From positions 157,848 through 221,847 of the forward strand of contig DATKWU010000009.1 in NCBI GenBank assembly GCA_035529375.1: DNA of 64,000 nucleotides, in the 5' to 3' direction. How positions within the stretch are numbered: the first letter of the stretch is position 1; each line of letters starts with the position of its first letter. Source of the DNA: Patescibacteria group bacterium. Lineage in GTDB: Bacteria > Patescibacteriota > Microgenomatia > PFEM01 > JAHIFH01. The notes under the pieces are model-generated. The model saw nothing but the letters and a program-made list of their open reading frames with translations, made no database searches and was not told the DNA's origin. Below, in pieces: positions 31,994 through 41,626 of the stretch. The position numbers and the translations under genes were made by a program.

Positions 31994-32278
31994 TTAAGTT
32001 TTAGTAACCATTCGCTTAACTACTCGACCATGGCCTCGAAAAGTCCGAGTCGGCGCAAATTCACCTAATCGTTGGCCAACCATGGACTCGGAAACAAAAA
32101 CATCAATAAAATTTCGACCATTATGGACCTGAAAAGTATGACCCACAAATTCTGGTGGAATTTGACTAGCTCGAGCCCAAGTTTTAATCGGCTCCTTTTT
32201 ACCTGTTCCTTTCTGGGTCATAACCTTTTTAAATAATTTTTGGTCGATATATGGTCCTTTTTTACTGGATCTACTCAT
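31994..32278 (-). CDS. rpsS: 30S ribosomal protein S19
   Basis: [18 protein letters not shown]. Confidence 0.99.
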   Translation of the reverse strand: MSRSSKKGPYIDQKLFKKVMTQKGTGKKEPIKTWARASQIPPEFVGHTFQVHNGRNFIDVFVSESMVGQRLGEFAPTRTFRGHGRVVKRMVTKT

Positions 32279-33035
32279 AGCGCCTCTTTCTGCCTTTAAT
32301 GATTAACTTATCACTATATTTCTTTGATTTTCGCGTCTTTTTCCCTAAGGTCTTTTTTCCCCAAGGTGACTTAGGGCTAGGCATACCAATCCCGGAACGA
32401 CCTTCACCACCACCGTGCGGATGAGAACTGGGATTTTGGGCCACTCCTCGAACCGAGGGGCGAATCCCCATATGCCTTTTTCTGCCCGCTTTACCTAATT
32501 TTCTGGTTTTCAATTCTGGCTTACCAACCTGACCAACAGTGGCGTAACAATCTTCCTTAATTAATCTTTGCTCGCTTGATGGTAATTTGACAATAACATA
32601 ACCTTTTTCCTTACTGGCAATCGTTGCCCCAGTACCCGCGCCGCGAACAATTTGACCACCCTTACCTGGCATTAACTCGATATTGTGGATAACTGTTCCC
32701 ACTCTAATCATCTTTAAGGGTAAGGCATTACCAGGTTTAATTTCCGCTTTTTCACCAGCCATAACCAGATCACCAACTTTTAAACCAACTGGGGTAAGAA
32801 TGTACCTTTTTGCTCCATCCGGATAGTGCAAAAGAGAGATATCGGCTCCACGATTAGGCGAGCATTCAATCGAAACGACTTTAGCTTCGATATCTCTTTT
32901 ATTTCTCCTGAAATCAATTTCCCTCAGAAACCTTTTTTGTCGACCACCCTGGTGGCGAGTTGTTACCTTGCCAAGAGCATTCCTACCCGAATGTTTCTTT
33001 AAGATTTTCTTTAATTTTTTTTCTTTTCTTGCCAT
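32271..33035 (-). CDS. rplB: 50S ribosomal protein L2 (short N-terminus)
   Basis: [22 protein letters not shown]. Confidence 0.99.
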   Translation of the reverse strand: MARKEKKLKKILKKHSGRNALGKVTTRHQGGRQKRFLREIDFRRNKRDIEAKVVSIECSPNRGADISLLHYPDGAKRYILTPVGLKVGDLVMAGEKAEIKPGNALPLKMIRVGTVIHNIELMPGKGGQIVRGAGTGATIASKEKGYVIVKLPSSEQRLIKEDCYATVGQVGKPELKTRKLGKAGRKRHMGIRPSVRGVAQNPSSHPHGGGEGRSGIGMPSPKSPWGKKTLGKKTRKSKKYSDKLIIKGRKRRYE

Positions 33036-33040
33036 CTTTA

Positions 33041-33334
33041 TTATTCTCCAGTTTCAAAAATATCAATTTTTTCTCCTTCAGCTAATTCAACTACGGCTTT
33101 TTTCCAATCTGGCTGCTTAATCGGTTGGCGATTACGACCACTCCGCTTAGTTTTTCCTCGAAAATTAACCGTTCTCACCTTGATAACCTTAACACCAAAT
33201 GTCTTTTCAATTACTTGGGCAATCTCTAACTTATTGGCTCTCCGATCAACCTCAAAAACATAGCGCCCCCAGGCTGACTCTTGGGTTCCTTTTTCAGTAA
33301 CAATTGGTCTTTTAAAAATATCTTTAGCTTTCAT
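33041..33334 (-). CDS. rplW: 50S ribosomal protein L23
   Basis: P.VTEK, ANK.EI, WKKA.V. Confidence 0.98.
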   Translation of the reverse strand: MKAKDIFKRPIVTEKGTQESAWGRYVFEVDRRANKLEIAQVIEKTFGVKVIKVRTVNFRGKTKRSGRNRQPIKQPDWKKAVVELAEGEKIDIFETGE

Positions 33335-33981
33335 TATTTCAAAAAAGTCTCTTTTAATTTTTTAATACTTTCTTCCATTAAAACAATCTGTTGATGATTC
33401 AAAACTTGGTAAGTATTAAGCTGATTAGCCTGAACCAACTCAATCCCAACTAGATTCCTTGAAGCCCGAATAACGTTTTCCAAAACTTCTGGCAAAACCA
33501 AAAGAATCTTCACTTTTTTTTCCTTTTTTTCTTTTAAAGGCAAACTCGCAAGAACCGCAGCCATGATCTTAGTCTTTGGTTCCACCTTGCTCAATCCCTT
33601 AACCGCAACTATTTCTTTTTCCTTAAATTTACTTGTTAAAGCGGAAAACAAGGCTTGGCGTTTCATTTTCTTGCTCATTTTCAATTTATAATTTTCCTTG
33701 CCCGTCGGACTGTGAGCCCGACCACCACCAACAAAAATCGGGGCATAACGATCACCGTGACGGGCCCGACCCGTGCCTTTTTGACGCCAAATTTTTCTTC
33801 GGGAACCTGTGACTTCGGCCCGAGTTTTGGTTTTAGCACCGGCTTTTCTTTGATTTGAAAGATAAACCCTAATAGCCTGAGTCATTAAGAGCTGGTTAAT
33901 TTTAGCTTCAAATATCTCTTTAGGTAAACTAACTTGACCTGCCTTTCTACCAGAAATTGTGTAGAGATCTGCTTTAGCCAT
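33334..33981 (-). CDS. rplD: 50S ribosomal protein L4
   Basis: TK.RAEV, QKGTGRARHG. Confidence 0.98.
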   Translation of the reverse strand: MAKADLYTISGRKAGQVSLPKEIFEAKINQLLMTQAIRVYLSNQRKAGAKTKTRAEVTGSRRKIWRQKGTGRARHGDRYAPIFVGGGRAHSPTGKENYKLKMSKKMKRQALFSALTSKFKEKEIVAVKGLSKVEPKTKIMAAVLASLPLKEKKEKKVKILLVLPEVLENVIRASRNLVGIELVQANQLNTYQVLNHQQIVLMEESIKKLKETFLK

Positions 33982-34837
33982 TTTCTTTTACCTCCTCAGT
34001 TTGTTTTTCTTTTGGTTTTTCCTCTTTTTTCTCTCCTGGTTTTTCCTCTTGACCTGATTCTGGTTTAGTTTTAGCTGCTTCGGCGGCAGTCAAAGATTCT
34101 TTAGCTTCTTTTTCTCGCCGCAAACGCTCAATTCGCTGTCCCTCAGTTTCTTCAATCTCTTTCTTACCCATCTCCATTAAAGGTACAAACCGCTTGTCTT
34201 TGCCTGTTTTGGTAATAATCAAAAACCCATTTCGGGCTCCTGGAACCAATCCTTTAATTAATAATTCTTCATTTTCCTCATCAACTGCCTGGAGTGTTAA
34301 TCCCTTAACCGCTATTCGGGCGTTACCGGATCGACCTGGCATTTTCTTGCCTTTGTGAACCCTACCGGGTGTGGTGCCTTGGCCAATTGAACCTGGTGCT
34401 CTTTCTCGATCAGATTGACCATGAGTTCGCGGTCCACCTTTAAAGCCCCAGCGTTTCATTACACCGGTAAAACCCTTGCCTTTTGACCAACCAGTCACTT
34501 TTACCTGGTCGCCCGGCTGAAAAATATCAGTAATCTTAATTCGTCCGCCCACTTTAATCTCATCCCCAAAAGGCTTCTCTAATCTAATTTCCCGCAAAAA
34601 ACGAGGAGCCTTTTCTAATTTGGCTCCTTTTAAGTGTCCTTTTAATGGCTTCTTAATCTTAGTTATTTTTTTCTCCCCCCAACCAATCTGAACTGCATGA
34701 TAGCCGTCTTTCTTCTCTTTCCGAACCTGAACCACATGACAAGGCCCAGCTTTAACTCTGGTTACTGGTATTCTTGTTCCGTCTTGAGTAAATCTCTGAT
34801 TTACCTCTTTTTTTATGCCTAAAATCGCGTTCAGCAT
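33974..34837 (-). CDS. rplC: 50S ribosomal protein L3 (charged C-terminal extension)
   Basis: DGY.A.Q, SKGKGF.G..KR, PGSIG, VPG. Confidence 0.98.
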   Translation of the reverse strand: MLNAILGIKKEVNQRFTQDGTRIPVTRVKAGPCHVVQVRKEKKDGYHAVQIGWGEKKITKIKKPLKGHLKGAKLEKAPRFLREIRLEKPFGDEIKVGGRIKITDIFQPGDQVKVTGWSKGKGFTGVMKRWGFKGGPRTHGQSDRERAPGSIGQGTTPGRVHKGKKMPGRSGNARIAVKGLTLQAVDEENEELLIKGLVPGARNGFLIITKTGKDKRFVPLMEMGKKEIEETEGQRIERLRREKEAKESLTAAEAAKTKPESGQEEKPGEKKEEKPKEKQTEEVKENG

Positions 34838-34847
34838 TTTGACCACC

Positions 34848-34871
34848 AAAAAGAGTGCCGGAGGCACTCTT
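34848..34871 (-). terminator. terminator-like hairpin in the rplC leader (attenuator candidate)
   Basis: AAGAGTGCC-TCC-GGCACTCTT followed by TTT, 10 nt before the rplC ATG. Confidence 0.55.
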
Positions 34872-34938
34872 AGGATTACTCCATTAACTAAATTAGTTTA
34901 ATTTCAATAGGTGTTTAACCTCACCTCCATTACTGAGT

Positions 34939-34967
34939 ATTATAGAAAAATTTAGGATAAAAAGCAA
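34939..34967 (-). promoter_or_regulatory. sigma70 promoter of the rplC operon
   Basis: TTGCTT-17 nt-TATAAT. Confidence 0.7.
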
Positions 34968-34971
34968 GCTG

Positions 34972-35001
34972 ATTCTTAGTGTAATAGAAAATGTTCGAAC
35001 C
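34972..35001 (+). repeat. att-like site copy (ATT CTT AGT GTA ATA GAA AAT GTT CGA ACC)
   Basis: Shares TAATAGAAAATGTT.GAAC with the copy at 37795. Confidence 0.55.
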
Positions 35002-35025
35002 GCGACAATTTTAAGAGAAAATTCT

Positions 35026-35721
35026 TTATTTTTTAATCGCTTTTATTAATAGCCTGGTAGGAACAGAAGAATATTTCTTATATTCCGTCAAGTTTTTTTT
35101 GGCTTCTTCGCCCATAGGAATTGGCTCTTCAACAGTCATTAAGTCAAAACCAGAATTTATTGTTGTATTAATGTAATCTGAAATCTTTTTCGGATGATAT
35201 TCAATTTCTGTTCCCCAAGGCGTTTTTTCTATCTTTACTTTATTACTGAAGTATTCTGAATGATTAGTAACAAACCGAAGTGGGTGAATAGCAATAAGAA
35301 ATAGATATCCTCCTCTTACTAACCATCTGGAGATATTCTCCATTGTTTTCTTAAAATCCTTTTGACTTAAGTAATTAAAAGTCATATTACTTACGACAAG
35401 GTCTAAGCTTTCACTCCGTAGTTTTAAATTAGGCAAGTCTGCCTGTATAAGTTTCACATTAGGAAAAGACTTTCGGGTGATATTTAGCATATCGGAACTT
35501 ATGTCAGTTCCGATAAGATTTTTTTCCTGCACTCCCAAATCGAAAAGAAGTTTCATTGTTCTCCCAGCCCCACAACCAGCATCAAGAACCTGCATATCAC
35601 TTTTCAATATTGGTTTTAAGTGCTTTTCTATTGCTGGTTTTTCTATAAATTTCCAACTAAATGATTTCTCTGAAAACTGGACATACTTGGCGGCTTGGGC
35701 GCCTGAATACTTTATTTTCAT
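35026..35721 (-). CDS. class I SAM-dependent methyltransferase
   Basis: VLDAGCGAG, D.S..ML, L..GG. Confidence 0.9.
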   Translation of the reverse strand: MKIKYSGAQAAKYVQFSEKSFSWKFIEKPAIEKHLKPILKSDMQVLDAGCGAGRTMKLLFDLGVQEKNLIGTDISSDMLNITRKSFPNVKLIQADLPNLKLRSESLDLVVSNMTFNYLSQKDFKKTMENISRWLVRGGYLFLIAIHPLRFVTNHSEYFSNKVKIEKTPWGTEIEYHPKKISDYINTTINSGFDLMTVEEPIPMGEEAKKNLTEYKKYSSVPTRLLIKAIKK

Positions 35722-35753
35722 GGGGCTAATTATACTTGAAAAACAAATTATAT

Positions 35754-36965
35754 TCAGTCAACAAAAGTCAGGGCTACACCCTTTTTTCCCATTCTTCCTG
35801 TTCTACCTATCCGATGGACATAATCACCATATGTTCTTGGTACGTCATAGTTGATGACATGAGTCACATTCTCTATGTCAATCCCTCTGGAAGCCACATC
35901 TGTCGCCAGTAAAATCTGAACCTCATTATTCTTTAACATATTCAAAGCCCGCAACCTCTGTCCCTGGCTCTTGTTACCATGAATCGCCGCAGCTTTGAAA
36001 CCTCTCTGGGTTAGATTTGCTTCAAGCTTGTTCACTCCCCATTTGGTTCGGCCAAAAACCAAAACCTTCCTAAATTCCTCTTTAATCAACAGCTGGTGAA
36101 GAATCTCAAGTTTGTTTTTGCCCCGAGTTCGAATTATGTCTTGATCAACATTTTGAGGAGTCACACCGGTTTTTACCGACACTGTTACTGGATCAACTAA
36201 AAAACTTTGCATAATCACCTCAGTTTCCTTTGGTATCGTTGCCGAGAAGAATAAAGATTGGCGACTCTTTGGTAAAAATGAAATAATATGTCGGATATCG
36301 TTGATAAATCCCATGTCCAACATACGATCAACTTCATCTAAGACCACGTTTCCGTATTGACTTAAGTTCAAAATCCGTCGTCCTTCTAGATCCTTTATCC
36401 TCCCAGGGGTTCCAATCACAAAATTTGGCTGACGTGACAACTCGCGTGCCTGGACATTCAGTGAGGCACCTCCAATACATAGTGTTGAGAAAACTCTCGT
36501 ACCCAAACTAAACAATTTAAATTCGTCTTGAATCTGTGAAGCTAGTTCGCGAGTAGGTGCCACGATTAAAACCTTTTGACTTCGATCTTTTGACACTTTT
36601 GTAATCAAAGGTAGTAAAAAAGCCGCTGTTTTTCCAGTTCCTGTGTTGGCAAGACCAACCAAGTCCCTTCCTTCCAATACGGGAAGTATTGCCTGGTCTT
36701 GAATTGCAGTCGGCTTGTCAAAACCACGCACTAGAATATTCTTTTTTACAGTTTCATCCAAAGGAAAGTCTGAAAAACTATTCGCTGGCACATATGGCAT
36801 TTCGACAACGTCAATAGCCTTTTTGACAAACATAAGTGGGTTCAAGGAAGCACCTTTGCTTCGGTATCTACCTTGACCTCCTGATCTGTTTGGTCGATAT
36901 TGACCAAAAGATCTATTATTCTGCCCGCGAAAACCACGGGAACGATCGCGCTTAAAATTTCTCAT
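35754..36965 (-). CDS. DEAD/DEAH-box RNA helicase
   Basis: TGTGKT, PTRELA, DEVD, SAT, HRIGRTGR. Confidence 0.96.
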   Translation of the reverse strand: MRNFKRDRSRGFRGQNNRSFGQYRPNRSGGQGRYRSKGASLNPLMFVKKAIDVVEMPYVPANSFSDFPLDETVKKNILVRGFDKPTAIQDQAILPVLEGRDLVGLANTGTGKTAAFLLPLITKVSKDRSQKVLIVAPTRELASQIQDEFKLFSLGTRVFSTLCIGGASLNVQARELSRQPNFVIGTPGRIKDLEGRRILNLSQYGNVVLDEVDRMLDMGFINDIRHIISFLPKSRQSLFFSATIPKETEVIMQSFLVDPVTVSVKTGVTPQNVDQDIIRTRGKNKLEILHQLLIKEEFRKVLVFGRTKWGVNKLEANLTQRGFKAAAIHGNKSQGQRLRALNMLKNNEVQILLATDVASRGIDIENVTHVINYDVPRTYGDYVHRIGRTGRMGKKGVALTFVD

Positions 36966-37135
36966 TTTTATTATATTAATGGCTTTAAAGGAGACGATTT
37001 GAAAAAAGGGGAAGATACGAATACCTAAACCAAATAAACCGACTCAAATCAGTATTAACTACTGATCAATATTTAAAGCTAACGGAAAGCATTGTAACAC
37101 ATCTAATTATCACTGTCAAACTATAGGATATTTGC

Positions 37136-37639
37136 TCACTTTTTCCCTTTAGTATCTTTTTTCTTGACTGGCGTTAACACTTCAATAGCTTTATCTGCTT
37201 TCTTGATTGTTGATTTTTTACTCTTTTTCGCCTTATTCTCTACCAACTTTGGTTTCTTCTCCCCGACCGACGATAGCAAATCAATAATTATATCAAGCCT
37301 GGTATTTAGAATTTCAATTTTTTCTACAAGTTGTGAAATGCTACGACTATTTATATCGCTTTGCGAAGGCCTTCTTGAATCTCTGTCGCCAAAACTTCTT
37401 CTGGGAGAACCTCTTCTGTCTCTTGATCTATCACTATCGCTTCCGCCTTTCTTCTCAAAACAGTCACTGCAATATACTGGCTTCTCACCGCTTGGCCTGA
37501 AGGGTACTTGACAATCCTTGCCACATTCATCGCAAACTGCATTGTGCAATAAAGGCCTTCTTGAATCTCTGTCGCCAAAACTTCTTCTGGGAGAACCTCT
37601 TCTGTCTCTTGATCTATCACCTGGATTAAAGTTTCTCAT
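37136..37639 (-). CDS. CxxC-x17-CxxC zinc-ribbon protein with RS/RG-rich repeats
   Basis: CDECGKDCQVPFRP...KPVYCSDC. Confidence 0.88.
   Translation of the reverse strand: MRNFNPGDRSRDRRGSPRRSFGDRDSRRPLLHNAVCDECGKDCQVPFRPSGEKPVYCSDCFEKKGGSDSDRSRDRRGSPRRSFGDRDSRRPSQSDINSRSISQLVEKIEILNTRLDIIIDLLSSVGEKKPKLVENKAKKSKKSTIKKADKAIEVLTPVKKKDTKGKK
37366..37620. repeat. perfect 69-nt direct repeat (37366-37434 and 37552-37620)
   Basis: Identical sequence encoding DRSRDRRGSPRRSFGDRDSRRP on both sides of the zinc ribbon. Confidence 0.95.
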
Positions 37640-37794
37640 AAATGCTCCTACTAAATATTAAATATATTAGTGAGTATATGTATTATTAGTATAAATAGCA
37701 AGGAATACTGTAAAAAAATGCAAATAATTGATGAAATAGGAACGGTTTTTAAATAGTCTCGATACTCGTAATTTTGGTTATATTAAGTTGTAAA

Positions 37795-37824
37795 CTGCTC
37801 AGGATAATAGAAAATGTTTGAACT
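37795..37824 (+). repeat. att-like site copy (CTG CTC AGG ATA ATA GAA AAT GTT TGA ACT)
   Basis: Matches array consensus; preceded by GGTTATATTAAG. Confidence 0.55.
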
Positions 37825-37883
37825 GCTGTTCAGACTAAAGAATACGCTTATACTTCTTGTTAAATAAAAGCTTTTTAATAACC

Positions 37884-38930
37884 TTAATCTTTTAAGGCTT
37901 TATCAAAAAAATCTACTGAACGTTGGAGTGCTGTATCTAAGTTATTAGAAAGATTATGATTGTCTCCTTCATAAGTGTATAACTCTACGGGCTTGCCGGC
38001 ATTTCTCAACGCTTCATCTAATCTCTGACTAAACAGGAGTGGTACTTCATCATCTGCCGTCCCATGTTGAAGCTGTATCGGGCCGGAAATGTCTTTGACA
38101 AACGATATGGGTGAAATTGACTGCCAAAACTGGGGATTTTCTTCAAAGTTACCGTATTTATCAATCAGTTCCTGTCTTCCTGGCCGTCTTTCCGCCTGTT
38201 CTCTTTGCGAAGGCACCCAAGGCTGAGGATTATGAACTGGATGATGCCAGTTTATGGCTAAATCTTCATAAGAAGCCACTACTCCTGCCCAGATTTCTCC
38301 TGCCTTAATATCTTCTGTTACTACCATTGAACGCAAAACTATCATTCCTCCCATAGAATGACCCCACATGCCGATTCTTTCTGGGTCAGCATCTTTATAT
38401 TTTTTCATCGATGAAACAGCATTCAAAACATCTACTGTATAGGCTGATGAATAATAAGCGCCTTCTGGTTTGCCTTCTGAATTGCCGTGCCCCCTAAAAT
38501 CGGGTTTAAAAACAAGATATCCATTCCTGGAGAAAGCATCAATGTAAGCAACATATTTCTCGGTTGTTCTATACTGTTCTGGTTGAATGTAGCCGTGGTT
38601 AAAAACAATCACCGGCCAGCCGGTCTCAGGTTGTTCTCCTTGTGGTATCGTTAACAGAGCATAAATTTTTAAACCGTCTGATTTATAAGAAGCAATGTAT
38701 CTATTGTAATTTGAGCCGGGAGGCAGTGTCTGTTCGATAACAATATCGCTTCCGGGGTATTCCTGCTTCCTCATATATTCTATGGAGAGAGAGTTGGGTT
38801 CGTTTGTCAATCCGCCGAGGTTCTGCTCATTTATTTCTTTGGGAATACTTTTAAAGAAGCGGTTATAAGTGATAGTGCCGCCGAATATACATACAACAAT
38901 AATAGAAATAACAAGAGTACGTTTTCTCAT
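37884..38930 (-). CDS. membrane-anchored alpha/beta hydrolase (S9-like peptidase)
   Basis: NHGY, GHSMGG nucleophile elbow, HGTAD..VP, GDNH. Confidence 0.88.
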   Translation of the reverse strand: MRKRTLVISIIVVCIFGGTITYNRFFKSIPKEINEQNLGGLTNEPNSLSIEYMRKQEYPGSDIVIEQTLPPGSNYNRYIASYKSDGLKIYALLTIPQGEQPETGWPVIVFNHGYIQPEQYRTTEKYVAYIDAFSRNGYLVFKPDFRGHGNSEGKPEGAYYSSAYTVDVLNAVSSMKKYKDADPERIGMWGHSMGGMIVLRSMVVTEDIKAGEIWAGVVASYEDLAINWHHPVHNPQPWVPSQREQAERRPGRQELIDKYGNFEENPQFWQSISPISFVKDISGPIQLQHGTADDEVPLLFSQRLDEALRNAGKPVELYTYEGDNHNLSNNLDTALQRSVDFFDKALKD

Positions 38931-39076
38931 TTTGCACAAAAAAAATTATTATACCAGGTTTTTCTGACAAAATCATAAAGAAAATTACTTCTGGTTTTTG
39001 AAGATTTTAAGTTTGTGCAGGAATTGAGGGAGGAAATAAAAAAACTAACCTCTCAAGAGGCATTAATAGGCTGTTG

Positions 39077-39745
39077 TTAATTACTCAGCCTATTTCCCCT
39101 CCCTGGATGGGCCGGAACCTGTGCGCCAGCAAACCAATCATTGATTCCGTTATATAAAGATTGGGCAATCTGCTGTTGCCGGTTTCCAGTACCATCAGTT
39201 AATAAACCACATTCAGTCATATTTGATATAAAAGCTACTTCCTGAATAGTGGCGGGCATTTCCGCTTTAAGAATTACTCCAGAGGCAAACTGCAATAATC
39301 CTCCATTGCCAATTCCCAAGCTCGGATATAGTTGATTATGGATTGTCGAGGCTAAATCAATGTCTTTTTTCCATTTAGCGTACAATCCTTGAGTGTAATT
39401 CAATTCATGGTCGGTTGAACCGTTGAAATGAATGGAAACCAGAATTTCACCATCTGTATTGTTGGCAAGAGTGTATCTATCTCTATTGGTCATATAGACA
39501 TCGCTTTCTCTAGTCATGTAAACTGTTACATCGGGCTCAAGCAGTGCTTTTAGCCTTTTTGCTACATCTAAATTTGCATCAGCCTCTGATAAACCAGGAC
39601 ACTCCATTGAACCAGGCTCATCGCCGCCGTGTCCAGCGTCAATGACTATTTTGTGGCCAGTTGCCTCTGCCGTATTGGAAACAAACACTAATGACGCAAC
39701 CCACAATAACAAAACCAAAACAAGAAATACTATTTTTTTATTCAT
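39077..39745 (-). CDS. secreted N-acetylmuramoyl-L-alanine amidase (Amidase_3)
   Basis: IDAGHGG, E..ANL, SIHFN, E.AFISN; signal peptide. Confidence 0.92.
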   Translation of the reverse strand: MNKKIVFLVLVLLLWVASLVFVSNTAEATGHKIVIDAGHGGDEPGSMECPGLSEADANLDVAKRLKALLEPDVTVYMTRESDVYMTNRDRYTLANNTDGEILVSIHFNGSTDHELNYTQGLYAKWKKDIDLASTIHNQLYPSLGIGNGGLLQFASGVILKAEMPATIQEVAFISNMTECGLLTDGTGNRQQQIAQSLYNGINDWFAGAQVPAHPGRGNRLSN

Positions 39746-39775
39746 CCATTTCACCCCCTTTCAAACACTAGTTTT

Positions 39776-40387
39776 TTATCTGTAAAACAGTCTGATAAGC
39801 CAGCCGAAAATACTTCCGACCTGCTCTTCTGCCTGAATCTGCTCTTCTAAACTCGTATTCTGCTCAACCAGAGCCTGAATCGCTTCCTCAAGTTGGGTTT
39901 CATCAGCCTGGTTAGCTACTTGGTTTTGCAGTTGAGTTAACTGCCGGATTCTAAGCTGATTTTGTTCCATTTGTTGCTTGAGGTTTTTGATGGCTCCGTA
40001 GTCAGGACCAAACAACTTTTTCATTAAACCTGACCTGGATTCCAATTTGTTCAATTGAGTCTGAGTCTGTGTTTGAGTCTGGACCTGTTCCTGGGCAATA
40101 TTTCTTACCTGACTGCCGACTTCCTCATTTAAACCTTCCATGTCCATTAACTGCTCCATGTGCTGTGTGGCCACCTGCAATTGGGTTTCTTCTCCTTGAT
40201 TTTGAGTTTGGACCTGATTTTGATTCTGAACTTGGTTGCCTTGGGGAGTTGGCGAACCGCTAAGGTGGGTAGATGGGTCCTGGACTTTATTTTGCTGCTG
40301 GACTCCTTGAGCTGATACAAAAGAGGGAACAAGTATTAACGCTAACGCGATTATTGATGTTGCAATCAATTTCTTCAATTTTCTCAC
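39776..40387 (-). CDS. secreted Gln-rich coiled-coil hypothetical protein
   Basis: Signal peptide, QNQ/QT repeats, K.FGPDY, S.FGWL end; SD AAGGAGG. Confidence 0.75.
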   Translation of the reverse strand: MRKLKKLIATSIIALALILVPSFVSAQGVQQQNKVQDPSTHLSGSPTPQGNQVQNQNQVQTQNQGEETQLQVATQHMEQLMDMEGLNEEVGSQVRNIAQEQVQTQTQTQTQLNKLESRSGLMKKLFGPDYGAIKNLKQQMEQNQLRIRQLTQLQNQVANQADETQLEEAIQALVEQNTSLEEQIQAEEQVGSIFGWLIRLFYR

Positions 40388-40607
40388 CTCCTTTTCCAGT
40401 AATTTTACTATATTTTACCTCAAGTTAAAGAAATTTATAAGTTTTAACTCTACTCTACAAAGTTAAAATATTAAAAACCTCTCATTATCTATAATTCGGC
40501 CAGTGAATTTAGCCAGACAGTCTTTCAAGGCTTTAAATAGGCGCGGGAATTGAGAAAGGAAATTGATAGGGTTAAAAACCCTACCACAATACCCGCAATT
40601 ATCTAAT

Positions 40608-41312
40608 TCACTCGTTATAAAGCTCTTGAATTCCTAGCCAGTCTCCGGTTCCTAAGGTTTGCTTATCAATCTCTCCGTAACCGCTATATCCATACATGGT
40701 CAACGCCGTGCTTGGCGGCATGTATAAGTCACTTAATCCATTGTGCCCGAATTCATGAGTGGCAATGTTTTGCAGGTCCATTTTGCCGCTTTCACCAGCC
40801 AAACTCCAAGTGAAACCTGTACTAAATACAACATCAGATTCTACTATAATTTTTAATGCTGGATTATACCAAAATTGATTTACTGCAATAATTCCTGATC
40901 CTAGACTTCCCCATGTTACTGTATTAGTATAATCTCTGTTTTCATTAAAACTTACGCTATCATCTAACTCTGGTGTTGCAAAAAGCTCAAATGAAGTTTC
41001 AATATCCCATGTTTCTAAACTTTCGCTTAGAGTAGCTATCACTTCATTTTCATTTAAGTAGCTTCCATAGGGGTTCACTTCATAAGTCATGGTGTCGGCC
41101 CACCTTATTCCACCGGCAATGAATTTGAATTTATCTACCGTGTCATCCCAAACTGGTTTGGAATTTTTAGCAGATTTTGCGTAGTGAATAAAGGTTATTT
41201 TTTCTAAATCCGGCGGAGTGGTTTCTGGTTTTCCTGGCTGTTCTTTTGCCAATACCGGAAAAGCTAAAGCCAAAAACAGCAAACAACTAGCTCCAATTAA
41301 AAATTTCCTCAT
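40608..41312 (-). CDS. secreted metzincin/matrixin-like metalloprotease
   Basis: DLQNIATHEFGH.GL.D and TMY Met-turn; signal peptide. Confidence 0.8.
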   Translation of the reverse strand: MRKFLIGASCLLFLALAFPVLAKEQPGKPETTPPDLEKITFIHYAKSAKNSKPVWDDTVDKFKFIAGGIRWADTMTYEVNPYGSYLNENEVIATLSESLETWDIETSFELFATPELDDSVSFNENRDYTNTVTWGSLGSGIIAVNQFWYNPALKIIVESDVVFSTGFTWSLAGESGKMDLQNIATHEFGHNGLSDLYMPPSTALTMYGYSGYGEIDKQTLGTGDWLGIQELYNE

Positions 41313-41388
41313 ATATTTGTTCACCCCTTTCTAAACACTAAAATTGCTAAATAATCTTACGCGAAAATCGCAAAAGAATATCTATAAA

Positions 41389-41592
41389 TTAGTTCAGAGG
41401 TCCCCAAGGTCCAGCCGGGGCTTCATCCTCCATGTCAAATCGACAACGAGCCTCAGGGCCCCAAGGACCGGACCGATGTTCCGTGCAGTCGCCATCTTCA
41501 GGCTGGCTGGCCGCCATAACGCTCACGCTGAGTACCGACATGATTACTGTCATCAACAGCCCCACGGCCACAATGAAAGTTAATTTCTTCAT
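41389..41592 (-). CDS. small secreted peptide with two GPWGP motifs
   Basis: Strong SD AAAGGGGGTGA, signal peptide, two Cys. Confidence 0.6.
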   Translation of the reverse strand: MKKLTFIVAVGLLMTVIMSVLSVSVMAASQPEDGDCTEHRSGPWGPEARCRFDMEDEAPAGPWGPLN

Positions 41593-41626
41593 TTTATTCA
41601 CCCCCTTTCAATTTCAAATTTTCAAT

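Noticed and set aside
37351-37620. 89-aa alternate-frame ORF with repeated sequence
   Set aside because: Reflects the 69-nt repeat within the Zn-ribbon gene.
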